DNA of 64,000 nt from NCBI RefSeq assembly GCF_009914755.1, contig NC_060936.1; one strand, written 5' to 3'. Positions 22,916-45,779 of this stretch are shown in pieces; the first letter of the stretch is position 1, and every line of letters starts with the position of its first letter. The DNA is from the human T2T-CHM13v2.0 reference genome, Homo sapiens. The translations under genes were made by a program, and so were the position numbers. The notes below the pieces were generated by a model. The model was not told the origin of the DNA and made no database searches. It saw only the letters and a program-made list of their open reading frames with translations.

Positions 22916-23901
22916 CAAATCTGTATTTACAGAACTCTTATTGTTATTATGTTCACCCTACAGTTTGTAATTTATGAGTCATGAAGCACATGTAGAATTT
23001 GCCCAAATTTTTTTCTCTACTCAGCTTCTTCTGTTTAAACACAGACCATTGTGTTAAGTATTTGTTTGAGGCAAGGGCTAAAGTAGGATGACACTATCCC
23101 CTAGGCAGGAGTATGAGGGCACGAGGGGCCAGAAGTGATTCACATGAAAAAGAGGATTTGAGTGGTTGGGAGAATTTTTCTCTCTTGGCTTGTTATACTA
23201 AGGTCTGTGATGCCTTACATTTCAAGAGTACCCAGGATTAAGAACTTTTTCCTTTCTACCACTTTGTAATCACTCTTAACCCTACATTTGTCAGCACTTC
23301 CAGCCACCCTTACACATGTATCTCCCCGTGCACCCTAGGAGACTACACTGAATAGTGAATTAGATACCTCTATCCAACAGAACTATAAAAGCTTGACTTC
23401 CCCCCTCCAAATCTCCAATCTTATGTAGTTTAATACTTAAAATTGCTGAAGTTGGCTATAGATGAAGGAAAAAATTTTGGAGTGCAGCGGGAGTGGGCAC
23501 CTTCATGTGGGTAAAGAAGAGACTAACAAGACCCATTTAATGTAGCTTTCAGCAGCCTTTTGGCTACTCACAGTTCAACCACATGAACTTCTAGTGGTTT
23601 GGACTCACCCAAGCCTCAACATTAGCTTTAAGGACTCCTTGATCCTTTCAGCAGGAGAAAAATGAACATGTGAAGCACTCAGGCTCTTGGTTTTAATCCT
23701 CTCATGGATCAGCCTTGTTAGCAGACTCCAAGTGTAGAGCCCTTGTTTCACCACACTAACCACTTGGCTGAGAGAATTTGCTGTTGGTCCTAGGGGAAAT
23801 TCACATATCCCTTGCAAGCTCTTCAAGTATTTGTATCTTTCCCCCTTTCAGAAAGTTGTGTTTATCGCAGCATCCCACTCTCATCACCAAAACTAAATCA
23901 C

Positions 23902-24330
23902 TGTGAAGGATCTTAGATTTTATCCTATTTGTAAACTAACCTATTAATCTTCCAGTGTCATGGATGCTGGTAGAAGGCGTAAGACACCGAAGTATGACAA
24001 AAATACTTACGATTGACTGCAGAACTGGAGGCAAAAGCTTTATGTTTGTATTAGTTCTCCTTGTCCACACTACATTTTTTAGAGGGATTTCAAAAGGCTC
24101 AGATGGACATTGCACATGGGGAAGATCGGTGTCACAGCTGAGCAACTTCAAGATTAGGAAACCTCAGTCTTTTTAAAGTAGGCTACATGCAAACCTGTAG
24201 AGCATTTGCCTCACAGAGAAAAATTGTCTTTTTTATATTGGTTGAGTAATTTATCTGCCATTCATCTGAAGAGAAAAATTACTGCCCTTCCCCCAGGATA
24301 TTTCTGTACAAAAATCTTTGAAAAATCCTT
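23902..24330. mobile_element. Old ERV LTR remnant (family uncertain)
   Basis: Starts TGTGAAGGATCTTAGATTTTATCCTATTTGTAAACTAAC...CATGGATGCTGGTAGAAG, resembling an old LTR terminus. Confidence 0.4.
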
Positions 24331-24429
24331 ATGCAGAGTAGGGGGAGATGGAAGAACTAAGGGAGAGAAAATGGCAGCTTTGCCTCCTCCCTTGCCCAGT
24401 GCTAAGGTCCCCAGGGCAAGCAGCTTTTG

Positions 24430-26200
24430 CCTTCAACTTCAAGTTAACAGCATACAAAATATATTCATTTTTACTTCCCCCACTTTCTTATTAACGTTAC
24501 AAATTATATCTCTCTATATTGTGTGTATTTTCACAGAGATTTAAGAATTTTATGCACCGTTATTATTACAATAGCAAATTTTATATCTGTGTATATATTT
24601 ACATTTAACAGAGAGCTTTATATTTTCATACGGTTTTATGATGCTTTCCAGCATCATTTAATGTTTCAACATAGTTGACTCACTTTAGCATTTTTTTCTA
24701 ATGTTATTCTAGTAGTAAACAACCTTAGATTTTTTATTTTAATCTTTGAAAGTCTTTATTTTTTCTAATTTTTGAAGTACGTTTTTTCCCAGATCAATTA
24801 TTCTTGGTTGCTAGTATGTTTTGTTTCATCACTGAAGTGTGTAAAGTTCTCAGCATCCCCTCTTTTTCCCCCAAATAACATTTATGCCATTTTCTTCGTA
24901 TATTCTTTTTATAAGACTCTTTCTCTGAATATATTGATCTACTTGATGGTGTCCAGTAAGTCTCATATTTTGCCCTTATTTTTCTCATTCTTTTCAAAAA
25001 TTAGTTTCCAGGCCTAAATATTTGTGAATAATATATGCTTAATTTGCTGACTCTTTTTTTGCTCCATTGTTTGCTGTTGTGGCTCCATAGTGAATTTTTA
25101 AACCTCAATTATTGTATCCTTCAACTCCACAATTTCTGTTGGGTTTTTAGAAAAAGGTTTCATCTCTTTGTTGATATCACATTTTGGTCATTTATTATTT
25201 TAAATGTTATTCAATTGTCTATTTTTGTTTTATTTTTGTTCACTGAGAACGCTTAAGTTAATTATTTTGAATTCTTCATCAGATATGCAAAAATCTTCAT
25301 TTCTTAAGATTCAACTTCTGGATATTTATTCTGTTTCTTCCAGTGAAGCATATTTTCCACCTTCTCCGTATGCCTTGTAATTTTTTTATAAGATCTGGAA
25401 ATTTATACAACATCCATCAAATCTAGCATTTAAAGACTGGCACGGCTGGGCGCAGTAGCTCATGCCTGTAATTCCAGCATTTTGGGAGGCCAAGATGGGC
25501 AGATTACTGGAGGCCAGGTGTTTGAGACCAGCCTGGCTAACATGGCGAAACCCCGTCTCTACTGAAAATACAAAAAATTAGCCTGGCGTTGTGGTGCGCG
25601 CCTGTCGTCCCAGCCACTCAGGAGACTGAGGCGAGAGAATCGCTTGAACCCAGGAGATGGAGGTTGCAGTGAGCTGAGATTGTGCTACTGCACTCCAGCA
25701 TGGGTGACAGAGCAAAACTCTGTCTCAAAAAAAACAAACAAACAAACAAACAAAAAAAAACAAAACCAAAAACTGGCTTAGTAAAGGGGGATACTGAAAG
25801 CAATCAGAAAGGCTATAGATTCTAGGTGCTTCACAGACGCATTCTCAGATATGTCTTCTCTGGATTTGTGTGTATTTCTAAGATAAAGAGATTTAGTTTC
25901 ATTGTTTTTAGATTGATTACCTATTTTCTTCCTCAGTTGACTGTCTGTGGTGTTGCAGTTTCTCTAGTGCTGTAACTAGCATTCATCTTTTTTCTCATCA
26001 GACACAATTGTCATCCGTATGACCCCATCATGTCCTTCAGCACTCCATGTCAGGAGAGAGAGAATCTAGTCATAAGGCAATCTCTCAAAAAGACAAACAT
26101 TCCAACACATACTCTACAGTTTTAATTCTTTCCTGAGGAAGATGCTGGGAGTTGGGCATTTTCTGGTGAGCCCAATTACTGTTGGGGGGAAGGAAAAAAA
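24430..26200 (-). mobile_element. Old L1M fragment interrupted by an Alu (plus, ~25444-25770)
   Basis: T-rich L1M-like sequence; Alu flanked by AAGACTGGC / AAAACTGGC. Confidence 0.6.
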
Positions 26201-26213
26201 AACTGTGGTGGAC

Positions 26214-26275
26214 AGTCTGTAGCAAAGACAAAATTCCTGGAGTGTGAAAAGAGGAGACAACTGCCATATACAAAG
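26214..26275 (+). pseudogene. Degenerate KRAB-B box exon remnant of a ZNF91-family KRAB zinc-finger gene
   Basis: Translates SL*QRQNSWSVKR / (frameshift) ETTAIYK versus family CLEQRKEPWNVKRQETVAKHP; followed by the family's typical intron start (GAGAGGTCCAAAGTCACAGAGAAGGCCAG...). Confidence 0.6.
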
Positions 26276-26301
26276 CAAAGTGAAAATAAATGAGCAGGTA
26301 A

Positions 26302-26952
<651 letters not shown>

Positions 26953-27006
26953 TATTATGCCATTTTTAAAAATAAATCTACGGTGCTTCAAGTCAGAAGT
27001 GTGTGA

Positions 27007-28995
<1,989 letters not shown>

Positions 28996-29400
28996 AAATT
29001 CCAGGAACACCAGAGACAGATGACACATGTTTTCTGCTTAATAATTTCACATCCTATGAAGGATAATTCTACAACATAATTCTACAAAAAAATTTGACTG
29101 AAAAACTTTATGCCTAATCTTAAACATTTAAACTCTATATGCCAACAGTCTCTACTGTAGGGTGATTTATTGTATGTACTCATTTTATGGATTCCTTAAA
29201 AAGCTTTTCCAATAAGGGAAATTAGAATATTGCTGAACATATATTGAATTCCCAATTATTAACTTATTTCTCAATTATTTTGTGATTCTGTCTTCTTTAA
29301 CATGAAGATTACCATGACTGTGTTTTCATTTTCTGAATTGTCATATGTCTGTAATTTGTCTGTAATCTTAGTTTCAGAAGTTCTACAATAACATGCTCAA

Positions 29401-31441
<2,041 letters not shown>

Positions 31442-31449
31442 TCAGATGT

Positions 31450-35560
<4,111 letters not shown>

Positions 35561-35728
35561 TCATTTTCTTTTATTACCTTTGGTATCAGCCAAACCAATC
35601 TGTCATTCAAAGTACACCACCATGTCTTTGAGCATTCTGAAGCCAGGAGTTGGGAGTCCTCTCCCAGATGCACCATGCTGTATTGGGAAGGAGAAAGAAC
35701 TGTGGTGTGTAAATGTAACAAACATTCC

Positions 35729-36025
<297 letters not shown>

Positions 36026-36914
36026 ACAAACATTCCTTCCTGTGAATGTGGAGGACATGCATGTCCCTGAAAAAAAAAGTTTTAGACTTAAAAAAAAATT
36101 CGATATGGGGTTGAGGGTAATCTAACCACTAATACCTACAAGAAATCCTCATGGAATTTTGTCATCTGTGAAGCAACAGCACCCGCCCATATTAGTAGCC
36201 TGTATAAAGTATATTTTCCCACTGAGTTCTCCAAAAAAGTCCTCAGTGTAGAGATGAGTAAACACAGGCTTCACAATTTCAAATGGCTGCTGAACAGCAC
36301 GTGGGTCAGAACTAAGAAACTTTCACAGAGAGGGCTGCATGAAATTCCCTCTAAATTACCTGAAACACAGCGGCTTCTGACATTGAGTGCAAAAACCTGG
36401 AGAAGCCTTATTTCCTCTCCATTTTGGAGACAGTGAACAGGGCAAGACAGCTTAGAAGAACCCTTTTGAATTAAAGCAATATACTGTTTTTCTTTCTTTA
36501 ATATTAAGGAAAGTCTTAAGAAACTGACACAACATTTTCAGACCTGGTAAGAAGACAAATGCTGGGAGACTCCAGGATTAATGACAGAGCCAAAGATCTA
36601 AGGAGGTAACTTGAGGAACAGAAAACCCAAATCCATATTTAAAATAACAACTAAAAAGTGACTCAAACATATCAGTTGGAAAACGGGAAATAAAAGGACC
36701 AGTGTGTTTTTATTGGCCCCACAGACATGAGATTGTCAAAAAATTAAAAGAATGTTAACATCCAGGAGAGGCTGGGTCTAGAGAAGCAGCTATATTCAGG
36801 GACTGTTCTTGCAACAGACCTTGTGGAAAGTCACCTGGCTGTAGCTATAAAAATTTTACATATGTATATCCTTTCACCCAGTAATCACTTTCCTGGCAAT
36901 CTACATTAATGCAT

Positions 36915-37316
36915 ATTATGTTCTAAATTGTGTCACTTCTCTCAAATTTATATGTTGATATTCTAATATTTATATGTTGACATTCTAAGGCATATATAAT
37001 GTAATCAGCCTCAAAGTGTGAGTGAGTGTTTGGACATATGGTTTTTAAAGAGGTGACTGTGATTAAGTAAGTTCAGTAAAGTGGACCCTAATCTAATATG
37101 ACTGGAGTCCTTTTAAAAAGAGTAAAGACACAGAAGCTGTGAAAACAGAAATAGAAGGTGGTCAACTAATCTCAAGTAGTAAGAGGCATTAGAGAAACAG
37201 CTTCAGCCAATAGCTTGATGTTCAACTTCTAGCCTCCAGAATTATGAGAAACTCAGTTTCCATTGAGATCTTCAGTCCACAGAACTGGGTTACGGAAGCC
37301 CAAGCAAACTGTTACA
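36915..37316 (+). mobile_element. MLT1-type MaLR solo LTR
   Basis: GTGGACCCTAATCTAATATGACTGGAGTCCTT and CAACTTCTAGCCTCCAGAATTATGAGAAA...GCAAACTGTTACA are MLT1 hallmarks. Confidence 0.7.
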
Positions 37317-39106
37317 GCCAATCATGACACACAGATAATGTTCTCTGCATTAGAGCTAAAATGAAAATAGAATGTTATCATGGCAGCATTGAAAGGCTCC
37401 ACCAGCATTGAAAGGCTAAACCACTCTGGGAAATGATCTCCTTTTGTAGAACATTACAAAGACGTTTGAAGGCACAGCTTCTGCCCTGATGGGCTACAGG
37501 GATGAGTTCTCTGAGATGACACATTGCAGACAAATGCAGGGAACAATGTAATCTTTTTTATGTAACCTCTTTCCTATTTTTGTGTAAAAACCTCCCTAGT
37601 AATAGTGGTGGCTTTTAAGTCTCAGAGAAGGTCTGGCAGTACAGTGAAGCTTCCTACTACAGAAGATATCTTGGGTAAATAGTTAAAACAATACAAACTG
37701 TAGCAACATGAATAAATACAGCCTACTGTAAAGTAAAAACAACACAAAGGCCTTCCCTGGTATTTCTACAGGTACGTAAACAGGGACTTTACACCTAACC
37801 AAGTTGCCATTGGGATTAATGAAGGCCAGATTTTTGGCGGCAGAACTTTGGGTCACTCAGAGACAAAGGCTCTAAGAGAGAGCCCAGAGAGAGTCCATAT
37901 TTGGGTCTGGGTTTTGGGCCCATCCTGGCCTTGTCAGGCCCCTGTCTGCAGAGACTCACATGTGTCTGCTGTCACCATAGCTCACTGTGGGCCATGCTTG
38001 GTGGTATAGTTATCCTACCCCCTGTCCAAGGAGATGGGGAGTTGAACCCATCAAACAGCTGCTCATTGATTTTAATGCAGCTCTGTAAAGAGAATGCTCA
38101 GCACCCAAGCCAAGCCCCCCGCAAAAAAAAATAGTTAATCGTCTCCCTTGTTTTCGCCACAAGGTGACATCCCCATTAGAAATTCTGCTCCCCAGATCAG
38201 ACACGTAGGAGCATCTGCATAGACCCCCAGCCCGTGAGGAAAGCAGAGGACAGCCTTGGGATTTACATCTGAATAGACACACTTTGTCCCCAACACTCAA
38301 CTTTTTATTCAACCAGCCATGACCTGGGTGTGAACATGACAGGCCCACCAGAGTTCCAGCACCTGACAACCTGCCCCTGTCAGGGATAGCCCCCTTCTTT
38401 CCTGCTCCCCCTGCAACAAATGGTTATGGTGGGCCAGGTGGGGTTTCCCAGATTAGATGACAAGAGAGACCTGGCATGGTCAGACCTGCCCTGGGCTACA
38501 CTGTGTTACCTGTGGGTGCCTCTTGCCAAACGGACAGAGGCATCAGTGATGAGGGCTGAGCCAATGTCTATATTATTAGGCCACTTTGGACCTTTCTAAG
38601 GCAAAAGCTTAGGAATGTCACCATAAGAACATAGTGTTCTCTTAAGCATCTCCCATGAAATGAGCCAGGTACAAGGCTGTCTCTAGAATGTGGGTGTCTG
38701 GTTTTCAAAGCTCTAAATTTTGTCAGGTACTGTCACAAGAGAAGTGTGTTAATTCTTCAAGGTTCCATCATCCTCTGATCCCTTTTCTTCCATAAATGTA
38801 TGCAAAGGCCCGGCACAGCTGCTGATTACTCATCCTCCTCTCCCATGTCAACTCTTCACCTGTAAACAATTATACAAACGCAAGCCCCTTGCCCCCTGAA
38901 AACATCTAAATGCAGCCAGGGCTCCAGGTTTGAGGGAACAGAGCTGGGTTAGAACATTCTTTTTCTTCTCATTTCTGTGATGATATAAAAGTCATTGTGT
39001 GTTTCAGGTCTCCCCAGCCCTGAAATATGCACAATGGGGATTATGCTAGCATTGACTTCCAAAAAAATTCTTTGAGTATATATGAGATAGAGTGAATAAA
39101 ATTCAG

Positions 39107-41324
<2,218 letters not shown>

Positions 41325-41325
<1 letters not shown>

Positions 41326-41370
41326 AGAGACATCCGTTGAAAGTAAGAAAAAGAGAGTTCTTTTCAGTGA

Positions 41371-41401
<31 letters not shown>

Positions 41402-43177
41402 TAGAGACAGCATCTCACTCTGTCATCCTGGCTGGAGTGCAGCGATGCCATCATAGATCACTCACTGCAGCCTGGATACACCTTAGCTCAAGCGATCATT
41501 CCTCCTCAGCCTCCAGAGTAGAGTACCTGGGACCACAGGCACGTGCCACTGTGCCCAGATCATTTTTAAATTTTTTCTACAGACAGAGTCTCATCACTTC
41601 GTTCGCACACCCAGGCCCCCAGTGGTCCTCTTTTCTCTCTGGGGGAATGGAAGTTCCAGACGATCCCATGGGCAGAAACGTAGGCTGTGTCCCCTGGGGG
41701 CTCTTGTCAACTAGTCGGGGGCATCACCTGAGAGGACTTCCTGGGCCCAGAAACGGCCCAGGTCTGAGAGGGATCTGGAAGAGGCCCCAACGCGGTGGGC
41801 CTCCGCCACCCCCCGTCCCCAAACTCCACCCCAACCCAGAGTGACGCAGGTCGTTTGCTTCTTTTCCTTGCTGACTGACACTTGCAAGCATCGGTTGTCT
41901 TCGGGCATCATCTGGCGGCCACTGTTATTGAAAGTCAAGGTGGCACGGAGGGAGGTCTGGCCGACTTCACCTAGCCTGGGGCAACTGGTTTCTCTCCTTC
42001 CCTTCTGGAGGTCCCTCCCTCTTTCCCTCGTTGCCTAGGGAACCTCTGCCCTGGCGGGGGGGCCCCCATTGTTTTTTTTTTTTTTTTATCAGCACTTTAT
42101 TTTTCTTTTCTTCCTGTGTTAGTTTCTTTAATGCAAATAGGCTCTTCCACTTTGGCTTTATGAGGGGTCACTTTAATTTTTAAGTCATCCCTCGGCCCCC
42201 CATGCTCCTTTACCTTAATTTAGTGTTAGATGGGTTTCCCCCAACCACCCTGCCTCCCGGCACCCTGCTTGGAAAGTTCCGGAGCCACCCGGGTGTGCCT
42301 CCATCTTCTCTCCCCTTCACCCACCCCTCACCAGTGATCTCAGTCTCTCCAGGCTGACAATTGCATTGGTGGTCGTTAGGCCTCACTCATTGGCCACCGT
42401 TTTTGAAGTTGGAGGTGGCATGGTCCCACTTCCCCAGAGGCAGCTTGGGCCGATGGCCTAGACCTTGACCTGCCTAGGCAAGCGGGCAGGCTGGCCGGAC
42501 TGCAGTTTGGGTCTTTTCCCCTTTCGCTCCTCAGGCCTCCCTCCCTAGGAAAGCATCATCCTGGCTGGGTCTCAATCACCTTTTATCAAGTTGTTTTATT
42601 TTCTTCTCCCACAGGCCAGGATATTTTCAAAATGGAAAGGGCGTCACAGCTCTACCCTGGGCCTTATTAGTATTTGCCCAAAATAGAAACGCTTTCTAAA
42701 AAGCGTTTTGCTCATTTAAGATTTTCAGAGACGATGCTTTGGCCCGTGTTTATTTGCTTGTTTTATTTTGCTTTGTTTGTGTCTTTCTTTTTTCTTATTT
42801 ATGTATTTTCAGGAGAAGTAAAAATCACCAATTTTTAGGAAGACATATATTTTCCCCAGGACATGTTAGCTGCTGTTTTCTTCTGTTGTTAACTAGTGCT
42901 TTTGTGAATCCCTGAAAGTTTAGTGAGAACCGGTTGATTTACACCATAGCTGATAACATCTTATTTTCTAGAAATCCGTGAGTGCTGCTGCTGCCACTGT
43001 TGTTTTTGATGTTGTTGTTTTCAAAGCATACTCTGGCCACCATTTATGGCATCAAAGCATTATAAAATATGTGTAATTATTTTTTGAGTATCCCCTTCCT
43101 CTTCCTCTTCCTCTCTCTGTCTCTGTCTCTCTCTCTGTGTCTCTATCTCTCTCTGTCTCTCTCACTCTGTTTCTTTC
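41325..43177 (+). other. Diverged paralog of the 45S rDNA intergenic spacer (left part)
   Basis: Motifs recalled from human IGS, e.g. GCATCGGTTGTCTTCGGGCATCA...GGCCACTGTTATTGAAAGTC, CCCTCGTTGCCTAGGGAACCTC, a (GATT)n-tailed Alu, ending in a CT tract; not aligned computationally. Confidence 0.75.
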
Positions 43178-43677
43178 TGTCAGGCCTCTGAGCCCATGCC
43201 AAGCCATCACATCCCCTGTGACTTGCATGTATATGCCCAGATGGCCTGAAGTAACTGAAGAATCACAAAAGTGAATATGCCCTGCCCCGCCTTAACTGAT
43301 GACATTCCACCACAAAAGAAATGCAAATGGCTAGTCCTTGCCTTAACTGATGATATTCCACCACAAAAGAAGTGAAAATGGCCCGTCCTTGCTTTAAGTG
43401 ATGACATTACCTTGTGAAAGTCCTTTTCCTGGCTCATCCTGGCTCAAAAATCTCCCCCACTGAGCACCTTGTGACCCCCACTCTGCCCGCCAGAGAACAA
43501 CTCCCCTTTGACTGTAATTTTCCTTTACCTACCCAAATCTTATAAAATGGCCCCACCCCTATCTCCCTTCGCTGACTCTCTTTTTGGACTCAGCCCACCT
43601 GTACCCAGGTGAAATAAACAGCCATGTTGCTCACACAAAGCCTGTTTGGTGGTCTCGTCACATGGATGCACATGAAA
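43178..43677 (+). promoter_or_regulatory. HERV-H 5' LTR (LTR7 family)
   Basis: TGTCAGGCCTCTGAGCCC...CATGAAA; TATAAAA at ~43541; AATAAA at ~43613. Confidence 0.95.
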
Positions 43678-43679
43678 TT

Positions 43680-43697
43680 TGGTGCCTTGACTCGGAT
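43680..43697 (+). other. Primer-binding site, tRNA-His
   Basis: TGGTGCCTTGACTCGGAT, 17/18 match to the His PBS TGGTGCCGTGACTCGGAT; probable major splice donor G/GTAAGC at 43824. Confidence 0.9.
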
Positions 43698-44289
43698 TGG
43701 GGGACCTCCCTTGGGAGATCAATCCCCTGTCCTCCTGCTCTTTGCTCCGTGAAAAGGATCCACCTATGACCTCTAGTCCTCAGACCCACCAGCCCAAGGA
43801 ACATCTCACCAATTTCAAATCTGGTAAGCGGCCTCTTTTTACTCTCTTCTCCAACCTCCCTCACTATCCTTTAACCTCTTTCTCCTTTCAATCTTGGTGC
43901 CACACTTCAATCTCTCCCTTCTCTTAATTTCAATTCCTTTCATTTTCTGGTAGAGACAAAGGAGACACATCTTATCCATGGACCCCAAACTCCGGCGCCA
44001 GTCACTGATTAGGGAAGCAGCCTTCCCTTGGTGTTTAATCATTGCAGGGATGCCTCTCTGATTATTCACCCAGGTTTCAGAGGTGTCAGACCACGCAGGG
44101 ACATCTGCCTTGGTCCTTCACCCTTAGCGGCAAGTCCCGCTTTTCTGGGAGAGGGGCAAGTACCCCAACCCCTTCTCTCCATGTCTCTACCCCTTCTCTG
44201 CTTTTCTGGGGCAGGGGCAAGAACCCTTCAACCCCTTCTCCTTCACCCTTAGCATCAAGTCCCGCTTTTCTAGGGGGGCAAGAACCTCC

Positions 44290-44445
44290 AATCCCTTATT
44301 TGCATGCCCTGACCTCTTATCTCTGCACCCTAATCCCTTATTTCCGTGCCCCAACCTCTTATCGCTGCACCCCAATCCCTTATTTCTGTGCCCTAACCTC
44401 TTATCTCTGCACCCCAACCCCTTATTTCTGTGCCCCGACCTCTTT
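44290..44445 (+). repeat. HERV-H leader tandem repeats (~23-bp CCTTAT(T/C)TC...GC(A/C)CC unit)
   Basis: About seven imperfect copies, e.g. CCCTTATTTCCGTGCCCCAACCTCTTATCGCTGCACCCC. Confidence 0.8.
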
Positions 44446-44530
44446 CCCGCTTTTCTGGAGGGTAAGAACCCCCGAAACCCCTCCCTCTGTGTCTCTACTC
44501 TCTCTTTTCTCTGGGCTTGCTTCCTTCACT

Positions 44531-45750
44531 ATGGACAACTTTCCACCCTCCATTCCTCCTTCTCCCTTAGCCTGTGTTCTCAAAAACTTAAAACCTCTTC
44601 AACTCACACCTGACCTAAAACCTAAATGCCTTATTTTCTTCTGCAATGCTGCTTAACCCCAATACAAACTCGACAGTAGTTCCAAAGAGCCAGAAAATGG
44701 GACTTTCAATTTTTCCATCCTGCAAGATCTAAATAATTCTTGTCATAAAATAGGCAAACGGTCTGAGGTGTCTGACATCCAGGCATTCGTTTACATATCA
44801 CTCCCTTCCTAGTCTCTGTGCCCAATGCAACTCATCCCAAATCTTCCTTCTTTCCCTCCCACCTGCCCTCTGAGTCCCAACCCCAAGCATTGCTGAGTCT
44901 TTCTAATCTTCCTTTTCTACAGACCCATCTGACCTCTCCCCTCCTCACCAGGCTGAGCTAGGTCCCAATTCTTCCTCAGCCTCCACTCCTCCACCCTATA
45001 ATCCTTTTATCACCTCCCCTCCTCACACTCAGTCTGGCTTACAGTTTCATTCCGTGACTAGCCCTCCCCCACCTGCCCAGCAATTTCCTCTTAAAAAGTT
45101 GGCTGGAGCTAAAGACATAGTCAAGGTTAATGCTCCTTTTTCTTTATCTGACCTCTCCCAAATCAGTTAGCATTTAGACTCTTTTTCATCAAATACAAAA
45201 AACCCAGCCCAGTTCATGGCTCATTCGGCAGCAACCCTGAGACGCTTTACAGCCTTAGACCCTAAAAGGTCAAAAGGCCGTCTTATCCTCAATATACATT
45301 TTATTACCCAATCTGCTCCAAACATTAAATAAAACTCCAAAAATTAAATTCTGGCCCTCAAACCCCACAACAGGATTTAATTAACCTCACCTTCAAGGTG
45401 TACAATAATAGAAAAAAGTTGCAATTCATTGCCTCCACTGTGAGACAAACCCCAGACACATCTCCAGCACACAAGAACTTCGAAATGCCTCAACCTCAGG
45501 TGCCAGGGGTTCCTCCAGAACCTTCTCCCCCAGGAGCTTGCTACAAGTGCCAGAAATCTGGCCACTGGGCCAAGGAATGCCCACAGACCAGGATTCCTCC
45601 TAAGCTGTATCCCATCTCTGTGGGACCCCACTAAAAATCAGACTGTTCAACTCACCTGGCAGCCACTTCCAGAGCCCCTGGAACTCTAGCCCAAGGCTCT
45701 CTGACTGACCCCTTCTGAGATCTTCTTGGCTTAGCAGCTGAAGACTGACA
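44531..45750 (+). pseudogene. gag: HERV-H gag remnant
   Basis: Zinc knuckle CYKCQKSGHWAKEC at 45539-45580 and a second degenerate knuckle YPISVGPH*KSDC; multiple stops and frameshifts; boundaries approximate. Confidence 0.8.
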
Positions 45751-45779
45751 CTGCCAGATCGCCTCGGAAGCCTACAGGA

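Noticed and set aside
44290-44445. CRISPR-like short repeat array
   Set aside because: Head-to-tail repeats without unique spacers, inside the HERV-H leader in primate DNA
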